Source of the DNA: Minutocellus sp. GHC0000111 | Taxonomy: Eukaryota | Direction: 5' to 3' | Assembly: GCA_977018835.1 (NCBI GenBank) | Contig: OZ361256.1 | Coordinates: forward strand, 2,418,001 to 2,482,000 | DNA: 64,000 nucleotides | In this document: in pieces, positions 34,005-44,413 of the stretch | Position numbering within the stretch: the first letter of the stretch is position 1 | Layout: every line of letters starts with the position of its first letter | Program-made: the position numbers and the translations under genes | The notes under the pieces: generated by a model | Seen by the model: only the letters and a program-made list of their open reading frames with translations | Database searches by the model: none | Told to the model about the DNA's origin: nothing

Positions 34005-36731
34005 TCAGTCAACATCCTCCACCTCCATCCACTCGTTGCCTTCTTCGCCGTCGATACTAATGGTCTTCTCGATCCGATAATTGAGTGTCCGGGCTCTCTT
34101 ATTGGAGGGCAAGCTAGTGGGCTCAGCATCGGCGTCTGAAACAGCCTCGATGTGAACTGTCGATCCACTTGCAAGCTTACCGCTGATGAGCATCTTGGGC
34201 AGTTCTGTGACCAAAGTCTGTTGCAGGTATCGTTCAACTGGACGAGCACCGTAATTGCGATCGTAGCTTGCGTCCAAAATGGCCTTGGCGCCACTACTTT
34301 CAAGTACGACGCGGACGCCCTGGGCCAGCAGACGTCGCTTAACGCCCTTCATGGCCTTGTCGCAAATCTTCTCGAGCTGGTCGATGCCAAGAGAGTTGAA
34401 CATGATAATGGCCGACAGACGGTTGAGGAATTCGGGCGAAAAGTGGGCGCGGACATCCTTCATGACCCTGGCATGAGCCGCAGACTTATCGTCGCCCTCC
34501 TCAATGTCGAGCAAGTACTGGGCACCAATGTTGCTGGTGAGGATGATAGTGGCATTGGTGAAATCGACGGTTCTTCCCTTGCTATCGGTGAGACGGCCCT
34601 CATCGAGAACCTGCAAAAGCAGAGTTAGGACTCGCGGATGTGCCTTCTCAACTTCGTCAAATAGCACGACGGTATAGGGCTTCCTGCGCACTGCCTCGGT
34701 CAACTGACCGCCCTCGTCATGCCCGATGTAGCCGGGCGGAGCTCCGACCAAGCGACTCACCGAATGCTGTTCAGTGTACTCACTCATATCTATGCGCGTG
34801 AGGTGGCGTTCATCTCCGTCGTACAGTTCTGAGAAGAGGGCCTTGGCCAGTTCGGTCTTGCCTACTCCAGTTGGTCCCAAAAACAGAAACGATCCAGTGG
34901 GTTGGTCCTCACGAGCCAGACCGGCCTTGCTCCGAAGGATGCAGTCAGTAACCTCTCTGACGGCCTAATCCTGGCCAATCACACGCTCCATGAGGCGCCG
35001 GTCAAGTGAGAGTAGACGCTCGCGCTCGCCCATGCTCAATTTAGTAACGGGAATGCCGGTCCATCGCGAAACAATCTCGGCAATGTGCTTGGGAGAAACT
35101 ATCTCGCTGACTGTACTCTCCTCAGCGTCGGGATTGGCGGCCTCCGATGCACGACGCTCCTGCTCGATGCGCTCAATCTTGGCAATGTGAGCCTTGAGGT
35201 CAGGGATGGCACCATATTCAAGATCAGCAGCCTTCTCGTAATCTCCAATGCGCTTGGCGGCTGCAGCCTTGGCCTCCAGACCGGCGAGTTTTTCCTTGGT
35301 CTGCTTGATCTCATCGGCACGGACACGGTCTGCCTCCCACTTGGCCTTGAGCGGGGCAAGTTCTTCCTTCCAATTGGCAATGTCCTCCTGTACAAGCTTA
35401 CGCCTCTTCTTGGAATCCTTGTCCTTCTCACGTCCGAGCGCTGTCGACTCGATCTCGGCTTGCAATATCTTGCGCTCCAGCACATCAATTTCCTCAGGAC
35501 GCGAATCGAGCTGGACACGCCGAGTCGCGCATGCTTCGTCGATCAGATCGATTGCCTTGTCAGGCAGGAATCGAGTGGTAATGTAACGATCCGAAAGCTG
35601 AGCAGCCGAAATGAGAGCAGCATCTGACACGCGAACGCCATGGTGCGCTTCGTATCGGTCCGTCAATCCACGGAGAATACTAATGGTCGCCTCGACACTG
35701 GGCTCGTCCACCCGCACCTGCTGGAATCGTCGCTCAAATGCCGAATCTTTTTCAATATGCTGACGATACTCATCCAATGTAGTGGCACCAATCATGCGAA
35801 GCTCACCACGCGCAAGCATAGGCTTTAGAATATTGGCTGCATCCATGGCACCGTCCGTTTTGCCCGCTCCAAGCACGAGATGGACCTCATCAACGAATAG
35901 CACGATCCTGCCCTCAGCGGCCTTGCACTCATCTAGGACGGCACGCAAACGCTCCTCAAATTCTCCACGGTACTTGGCACCAGCAACAAGGGCGCCCATA
36001 TCCAATGTTCTCAAAGCTACTCCCTGCAAAGTTTCAGGGAAATCGCCCTCAAGAATTCGTCGGGCAAGACCTTCCACAATCGCGGTCTTGCCCACACCGG
36101 GCTCGCCTACGAGGCACGGATTGTTTTTTGTACGTCGGCACAGAATCTGAATGGTTCGTCGAATCTCCTCATCGCGACCGATGACAGGATCCAACTTGCC
36201 ATCCTCGGCCGCCTGGACCAGGTCGATGCCGTACTTCTCGAGCGCCTCGAACTGGTCCTCAGCACCTGCGGTCGTGATCTTCTTGCCGCCACGAATGTCC
36301 TCGATGGACTTCGTCGCCACCTTCTTGGTAAGTCCTGCGCCGATCAACTCGTCCTTGACTGGACGGTCGTCGTACAGTCCAATCAGCAGGTGGTCCAGCG
36401 AAAGCAGCGCATCGCCATTGGACTTGGCGGCCTGCGTCGCCCGCTGTATGAGCTGCTGCAGGGCTGAGCTGAGCCCAGCCTCGAGCGGGGCGGGAGTTTG
36501 GCTGGGCTTCTTGAGGAGCAGACGCTGCAGTCCCCTCCGGATCGTGTTGAGATCAATGGGATTGGCGGCCGTGGCCCGAGCCACGACACGGGCTCCCATC
36601 CCATCGTCCTTGGCAAACAATACGACCGCCAGATGGAGCGGATCGGCTTGCGAGTGGCCATTGTCCTTTGCCAAGGATAGCGTCTCGTTGACGGCATTGA
36701 TTGCCGCGTCGGTCATGCTTCGTTCCGTCAT
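34005..36731 (-). pseudogene. clpB: Cytosolic ClpB/Hsp101 disaggregase with one in-frame TAG at 34967-34965
   Basis: Clp-N domain, KLDPVIGRDEEIRR, GEPGVGKT, KYRGEFEERL, the M-domain and second NBD GPTGVGKT...RIDMSEY are present. The frame is continuous except VIGQD*AVREV, where the family has E. Confidence 0.92.
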
Positions 36732-37122
36732 TTTCTTGTGTAATATGGATAAATGGGGTTGGTTTTGTATCGATTGTGTTGTCGAGTTGTGACGGTTTTG
36801 AAGTGAAAATGAGCTCATGGGACGTGCACAAAAAAGAATTTCGAAGAAATTCATCACCTCCCGAGATCGATCGAAGCGGGCCTTATTCTAATTTAGTCGA
36901 TCGAGTCATAAAGACGAGGGCCGGCCGGCTCGCAAAAGTCCGCCAAGAACCTCGCGCCTCTCGCTCGGCCACCTCATTAGCATATCTCGGCCATGGTCCA
37001 GCCAGGCGTATTGATTGCCCACGAAACATTAGCAGCTTGTGGCACTTTTCGTGATAAACGGTACCCTCCGCCATCGGAGGACGGCGTGTCTTTGGTACGG
37101 CCGGGCAATTCGTCAGAGATAT

Positions 37123-37520
37123 CGAGATATCGATAAACTTTTGCGCGCCCTCCACCGCTCATTTTTGAATTTTGCGCGGGACCGCCAGCCAGCTGCAAGG
37201 TCGGATCGAGCCAGTCTGCTGAGACGATAAAACTTGCGGCATTTTTATTTACAAGTGCCCGCAATCAGTATCAAGAGATAGTTGTGCTGTGCTCGGGTTG
37301 GCCGATTCGCCGGAGTTGTCGAGATATCGATAAAACTGTACCATCCCGCTTTCATTAATTTTAATTTTGTGCCAGAACCGACAACAGGAACAACTGTCAA
37401 TATCGGTGTGATTTATCTGGAACTTGCGGCGTTTCTTCTTGACAAGCGTCTCTCGTTGCCATCAAGGAACAAATCCATTGTGTTCTGACTCCAAAATATT
37501 GAGTTATTGATAAACTTTTG
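37123..37520. repeat. Degenerate ~190-197-bp tandem repeat in the clpB/RAD5 divergent promoter
   Basis: CGAGATATCGATAAA at 37123 and 37320; AACTTGCGGC at 37231 and 37421; GATAAACTTTTG at 37132 and 37509. Confidence 0.6.
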
Positions 37521-37552
37521 GCCAGCCGAGGGTTGCCGGGTGCCTGATTAAC

Positions 37553-40500
37553 ATGCCGAAGAGCGTCAAGAAGAAGAGCAAAAGTGGCGGAAGCCGCAAG
37601 GCGCCATCGCCGACCTTTGCCGCTGCTTCCTCATCTTCCTCCGGCGATTTCTTGTCCAAACTTACTCTCTTGAGAGAATTCATCACCGGCTGTGGTGTAG
37701 GTCATCAGTACTCCGAGCGAGACCTGTCGGCGTGCCTTCGTCGATCGGGCCTGAATGTCGAGGCGGCTGCCGAACAATTGTTGACCGGCCAATGGAAATC
37801 GGAGGACAGTCCGACCAATGGCAGTGAAGTCTTTTCATTCGAAGCCTCCTCGGTGGCATCCTCTGCATCTGCATCTGCATCGTCGAAGCCACCCTCGGTT
37901 TCAGGTACTTCTACTGGTGGTAGTGCTGGAAGGAGGAAAGTCACGCCTTCCCCACCTGATTCGTCAAAGAGGCGGCGAATCAGCGGCAACAGCAGTGGAA
38001 ATAGTGGCAAATCCGCTGCAAAAGCTTCATAATCATTGACCAGCAAAAGTAACAACGGCAATTCATCGCCAACCCAACAGCACCTCCTCCTCTGCCGCCG
38101 ATGGATGGTTGGGTTGTGTACCTCGCGCAACGGTCGAGTTCGACACGGGGAGAAGTTACATCTGACGGCATCTTCCAGTGGACCTCCCATTGTTCGATTC
38201 CGCGGTAGCAACGTGGAGGGAACACTGCCACAAGATGAGAGCAGCATGCTAACGCCGCTGCTTCGCCATGTTTGCAATGGTTCCAAGCATTCAACCAATC
38301 TGATATCAATATCGGCGGAGACACTGATGGAGGACACCGGTTTGATCATCGGAAGTGAGGTGCCTCTTTCATTATCGGTGCACATTGATCAACCCGTCCA
38401 ATTCTTTGATTTGTTTTCCGCGGCTACATCGGATGCAGATACAAAGGCCGGTGGAAATGATTGGTTATCTAAAAAGATATCTAGCAAGAAGAAGCAGATG
38501 CCTCCGTTGGCTGCGGCAGCCTTTCGCTTGTTACAGTAGGCCCAGTATGGTAATGTTCCAAGATTTACACCAGCGAATAACACAACTGATTCGAGTGGTG
38601 ACTCTTACAAAGAAGGCGGCGACAGCGGAAGTAGCAGCGATGATGTTGGTGGCAAGACAACAAAGTCCGTCACAATCCACGGGGATATTGACCCTGTGCA
38701 GCATCCATTATGGCAGCGCCGCTTCCTGGCCACCGATGGCTTCAACTCTGCGGTATGTTTTTATGTCAACGAAGTGCTTGGTGTTGCAACCTCTCGGCCA
38801 CCAAATCCTCCACGGCAGTGTGTTGGTGGAATATTGGCCGATAGCATGGTACGTGACACCGACAGCCTATTTGCACTTTCAGCTATGCCTCGTCTTGCTA
38901 TCTATTTCATTCTGTTACTTCATCCTCTTATCAATCCCCTAAACTATTTTGTATTATGCTGGCAGGGCCTGGGCAAGACCGTCATGCTTTTGAGTCTAAT
39001 CATGAAGTCGAAAGAAATGAGAATTGGAACAGCGCCCTCTACTAATATAATTATCAAGCGCACACCAACGCATGCCTCTCGGGATGATCAGAGCGACGAG
39101 CCGAAAGAGACCATCGATATACTCTCATCTGATGACGAGAGCGATGGCGATGATGCAGACGATGAAGATTACACTCCAGGATCCGACAGCCAACGAAAGC
39201 TGGCATCCCTTGAGATGAAATGTGCTCACTCCGAGAATCATACTACACTTGTCGTTGCCCCGCTATCTCTCGTCCTTCAATGGGAGGAAGAAATATCGAC
39301 CAAAACTGATCTGTCCTGTCTTGTGTACTACGGTAACACCAAAAGCGGTACGTCTTCTAGGTCTCTCCGTGAAGCCGATGTCGTTCTGACTACTTATGGA
39401 ACGCTGCAGACAGAATACCTTCAATCGACCTCGTCATCGCCCAAGGGGGTCAAGCCAACTACTCTCCTTTCTCATCAATGGGAGCGCGTGATTGTCGATG
39501 AGGCTCACCAAATCAAGAATCCAGGTACCGCTGTGTCCAAAAGCTGCTGTTCCATTATAGCAGCGAAGAGGTGGGCGGTAACGGGCACGCCCATACAGAA
39601 CTCTCTTCAGGATGTATACGGCTTGATGAAGTTCCTACAGCACGAGCCTTGGTGCAATCATGCCTTCTGGAAGACAGCGATCACGACAACCGAGCCTACT
39701 TCCGACGGCACAGGCCCTGGCATAGCTGTATCTACGTCCGAACACCATGGTATGTCGCTCGCCATGGACCGCGTCCGTCGTATTTTGCACCCATTGATAC
39801 TTCGACGAACCAAAGAGACGATCGGAGCCGACGGCAAGCCCATCCTGACGCTTCCACCTGTCGATTCAAGCGTCGTGCATGTTCATTTCACCGAGCCAGA
39901 GCGTGAATTCTACACCGCCCTCCTTGATAAGTCGCAGCATGTATTTGAAGGCCTCTTGAAGGCCGGCACTGCGTCGAAATCTTGGCTGGCTATCTTCAGC
40001 CTCCTCCAACGGCTTAGGCAATCATGCGATCACGTGGCTCTCACTGTCAAGCCGAGATTTACTGATTCGGGATCGGCAGCTTCGGCCTCAGAACTTTCAG
40101 ATGATCAAGAAGACTCTACCTCGGACGATACTGCTGTAAACAAAAAATTCCTCTCGAATTTGCTGCAAATGTTTGCAAAGCAGACGGACAAATCCAACGG
40201 AGATCAACAGCCGGCCCCTTCCTCACCCTCGAAATTTCCAGGTAAGGCTACTGAGACCGGTGAACCAAGCTTGGCCTTTATTTCCCAAGTAGTGCAGTCT
40301 CTTACCGAGTCTGTTGATGATGGTGGCAAAATCAAGGAAGAATGCCCGTTGTGTCTCGATTGCCCAGATCTATCGTCGGCTGTCCTTACTCCCTGTGCCC
40401 ACACGATGTGCTTGGACTGCCTTCGGCCAGTCCTGAAGCAGAGTGCAAACACCAGTATGCAAGGCGGAACTTCCACACCTCAATGCCAAAATGCGTTGAG

Positions 40501-41419
40501 TCTGAAAGATGGACCGTGTCCCGTTTGCAATGCCCATATAGAAGCATCTCGCATAGTTTCGTTCTCCACATCTGAGGAATCAGGCGATGTTACTTCTCAA
40601 TTTGTTGGCGACATCCCGATGCCCGAGGGTGCCGACTCTTTGAACATGAACATGGATCCCACTGCCGCGTCTGCTCGCGAGACGTTACTAGCTTCGCTAA
40701 GCGGTGGAGAAAGCTCCAAGCTTGCGGCCGTGAAACGAGAATTGATTGCAATCTGGAAACTTGACAGGGGCTCAAAGGTGTTGATATTTTCTCAATACCT
40801 TGGCTTTCTCGATATCCTTGGCATTTCTCTACGAAAAGAGGGCATCCCTGTTTTTCGCCTCGATGGACAAATGAGTTTAAAGGAACGTGTTGAAGCCCTC
40901 GATCGATTCAATAAAGCCAAGAGTACCTCAACACGCTCTACTGGCGATACTGGAGAAGAGGAAATCGTTCGAGGGTCGGTTTTTCTTGCCTCGATGAAGG
41001 CTGGAGGCGTTGGAATTAATCTTGTAGCGGCTTCAAGTGTCTTTATCGTTGATGTAAGACGATTGTTTCCATGTGCCAGGCGTTTAACTTTTTTATGTAT
41101 TCATAATACTGTTGAGTTTTGATGTTCTCACCCTTTAACATCTATCACTCACTGCTCTTTTATTTATGCATGTATTCAGCCGTGGTGGAATGCGGCTCTC
41201 GAACAACAATGCATCAACCGAATTCACCGCATTGGCCAAAAAGCCCCTATTGTCCGTGTCAGAAAATTTGTTGTTACCGACAGCGTCGAGGAGAAGATTG
41301 TACGGCTTCAACAAACGAAGGAGAGTATGGCCACCAATATTCTTGACGCCGATGGCTCTGATGCAGCTTCCGGTAGCAAGCCGACCCTAGACGACTTTAA
41401 GATTCTGTTGGGAAGGTAG
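37553..41419 (+). pseudogene. RAD5: RAD5/HLTF-like SNF2 helicase-RING E3 (UBA-like, HIRAN, SNF2_N, RING, HelicaseC) with two in-frame stops (38030-38032 TAA, 38537-38539 TAG); introns 38849-38965 and 41054-41179
   Basis: GGILADSMGLGKT (after splicing), IVDEAH, TGTPIQN, ILRRTK, RING CPLC...CAH..C..C...CPVC and DPWWN...RIHRIGQ. ORFs starting 37553, 38036 and 38696 share one frame. Confidence 0.88.
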
Positions 41420-41569
41420 TAGTATGTGCAGCTAAACCCATTAATAATTTATAAAGGTTTTCATTCATTTGGTAAAAGAGGAGGCTTGCTACCAGTAAGA
41501 TGGCGCACGCAGCATTTACGGTGCCCAGCTCTTGTCATCGTGCACAGATTCGGTGTCTACGTTGTAGCC

Positions 41570-43098
41570 TCAGACTTTCCTTTCCGCCCACCTGATACCA
41601 TTACCAGTTCTCAGGGCAACCATACAGTAGAAGGGATACGCCATAATTGCGAGTGACCACGTCTTTGGGTTTTCGTAAAGCGCCTTGTTCGGGAGTGATG
41701 CCATAGGCATTAATAGCGCGAGCATGTAAAAAAGCATGTGGCCGCCGATTGGGGCTAAAATATTTCTACGATTTGCGTACAGCCGACTCTCTACTAGCAA
41801 GGCCGATGTGAGTGTACCAAGAAGCTTGCTATGGCAGAACGTCCCTCCTAATGAATGTGCGGACGCAAAAAGTGACGCGCCAACCCAACGAGAATATCTC
41901 TTTGCAGAGTTGTCCGCGACGCTTTGATAGTTGTAATACAGGAAATGCCTTCCATCTTTGCTGCGCCGATACTTGTCTACCGTTCGAGCAATTCGAAGTC
42001 GGGAACTAGGAACCAGGAATTGTCCATAAAAGTCTTCTTCATTCCACTCATACGCCTCATTCAGACTGCAAGGACGGACTCTTTCACTTCTCCAATTCTT
42101 TGAGAATTCTTTGCGTCGAAGAAAGTCTAAGATGGAAATAAACGAAGGAAGAATCAGAGATATTCCCACCAGGGGGAAAAGATGCTCAAAGCAGACACCC
42201 CCGATCGTTGGCCGTTTATTCCCGATGCCAGTCAATGCACCAAAGATGCAGAATAAATAGTTCCCACCTCGCAGGCAATAGCAGTCCGAATACCGAGGTG
42301 TCGCGCAACAATTGCGCGGCCATACAGCCGAATAAAGAACATAGTCCGAGAGAGGGTTTGACAAATACCTCGAAAAGCTATTTCTTCTGAGATCGGCGCG
42401 ACAAGGATAGGATCCATTACCTGTTCTTGGAATAAAGCAGGGTGGGTAGGTGTCCCCACCATCGATAATGCCCATCTCGAGACTGCTGCGATCGGAACGG
42501 CTATTGTATCACATATTTTTTGGCTGATGAAATGGAATGGGCAGAGTAGGAGCGTCATCTCTGCTTGTTTTGGAGTGATCAAGGGAACGACGGCACTTCC
42601 ATTGCTCAGGAAGGCGAAGATAGCCTGGATCGCGTTTGAGGCCATTGCCCCAAACATGTGTAACGGCAGGAGCTTGCACTGATACCACGCGCCATACAGC
42701 ATTTCACTGACGATGAACCTCACACTCAACTGGCCTTCAGGTAGAACATCTTCGTCCTGGAGGGCTGGGATCGAAGGAACGAGGTTGGAAGTGATGGACT
42801 TGGTTTTGTTTTGAAGTGTCAGAAGACGACCCTGCATTTTCGCGAGTAGGTTTACTTCAACAAAAGGCGGGGTGTCCGTTTTGCTTCTTCTAGTAGATAA
42901 TCCATTGTGCTGGCGCAGGCTCGTGTCTAATGCGGTATAACTTCGGCTGTTGCCCGGGTGGGTCCGCGACACGGAACGAGACGACGAACGAAAGCCCAAA
43001 GAAGCCAGATGGAATTGTGACTGCAGGGCCTCGCCGATGTGGGCTTGAGCTGCAAAAAGAACCCAATATATGAGCAAAATAAAAGGATTGCGGGCCAT
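41570..43098 (-). pseudogene. CPBP (CAAX protease/Abi) family intramembrane glutamic protease-like, frameshift near 42270
   Basis: Signal-peptide-like N-terminus. APISEEIAFRG (EExxxR) is in one frame; LFASAH (FxxxH) and GHMLFY are in another. Confidence 0.65.
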
Positions 43099-43406
43099 GT
43101 TTAGATTTCTAGCTATACTGCGTACCTAGGTATAGACTTCAACTAGCTACATAAAAAGGCGACGCCAAAGGATCACAGGTGAACTACGTACCAGGTGAGC
43201 AACGATGCGAAGAATCGTGGAAGGCAACACGGTATTGGTCAACGGATGTCGATCTACCTCAAAGCCAGCTCAGCTGATCTGCCTACAACAATTAACTCCA
43301 TGCCATCGCCCATCTTCGCACCTCCTCTTTCACAACAAATCTTTCAATTTTTGAGGCCGGATCTACAGTAACTGACCAGCTCCTAGCAAGCTAGAGTATT
43401 ACAGCT

Positions 43407-44144
43407 TCACCAATCAATGACGACGTCGCCGTCCTCCTCGGTCTGTGCGTCAGCACCCCCTCCTTCGCCAGCGTGCACCTGTTCGTGCAGTACCTCCCAA
43501 TCCTCTTCCATCTCCACAAATCCTCCACTACCACTGACCTCTCCCTCGATCCCATCCGAGTACCATTCTGCACCACCACCACCATCATCATCATCATCAA
43601 TTTCAGCAACCGCGTCGTCGTTGTGATCCGCATCCCAAACTCTTCGTGTCTCTCGTACCGACATGACGTCGTCCATGTCCAGCGAATCGCATCCACTGTT
43701 ATCCTCGTAATCCATGGATGTCGTGGCCGATATGGGCATCTCCAGATTGTTCAGGTCGTAGTCTTCGTATTCGGAGGATGGGGTGGAAATTATTGTGTCA
43801 GTGGTGTCAGCACCGTGATGGACTGCTTCTGTTGGGCTGGCCCCAGATGATTCGTAGGACTGACCGGTATGCTGATTTGGCGACATTACCTTGTACAGAC
43901 GAGTTGGTTCGGCACTTTTTGCAGTGTCGCTATCAGATAGGCGCTGAAATCGGCTTGGAGTGTACTTTCGTTTCGTCGTTGTGGATGTTGATGGAAAGTT
44001 GTCAAGGGTTCGGAATGATGCTATGCGGCAGATGCAAGTTGTACTTGCTCCTCTGATGATGCTGGGCGAGCGATGGGCGACGGTCATTGCGGCAAGTCTG
44101 CCGATTCTTGCAGATGCATTGATCAGTACGCGAGTTGGTAGCAT
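43407..44144 (-). CDS. Hypothetical protein, basic (mitochondrial-type) presequence and acidic C-terminus
   Basis: Open frame of about 245 aa from MLPTRVLINASAR; D/E-rich tail. Confidence 0.5.
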   Translation of the reverse strand: MLPTRVLINASARIGRLAAMTVAHRSPSIIRGASTTCICRIASFRTLDNFPSTSTTTKRKYTPSRFQRLSDSDTAKSAEPTRLYKVMSPNQHTGQSYESSGASPTEAVHHGADTTDTIISTPSSEYEDYDLNNLEMPISATTSMDYEDNSGCDSLDMDDVMSVRETRRVWDADHNDDAVAEIDDDDDGGGGAEWYSDGIEGEVSGSGGFVEMEEDWEVLHEQVHAGEGGGADAQTEEDGDVVIDW

Positions 44145-44306
44145 GGTCGCGCGCGATGGTTTGTCGGAGATTCGATTATTTGGATTGTATCCTTCGGTTC
44201 TGTTTCGAGCGAGATGTAGTTCGCTCGGGCCGCGCGTGCGTTTGGGGTTCGCTGTTCGCTGGTCCGTCCGTCGCGTCGCCACAAGGGTTCGCAAGATAGA
44301 AGCCGT

Positions 44307-44350
44307 GTTCAACGTGGAGGTGGATGAGGTTCAACGTGGAGGTGGATGAG
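44307..44350. repeat. Perfect 22-bp tandem duplication in a divergent promoter
   Basis: GTTCAACGTGGAGGTGGATGAG x2; (AACCATC)3 follows at about 44370-44390. Confidence 0.95.
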
Positions 44351-44413
44351 GGAGAAGATCGCAGAGTCCAACCATCAACCATCAACCATCATAATCCTAA
44401 CCACAAATCAAAG

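Noticed and set aside
36836..36852. Heat-shock-element-like GAATTTCGAAGAAATTC upstream of clpB
   Set aside because: Spacing does not fit canonical nGAAnnTTCn arrays, so it cannot be supported from sequence alone.
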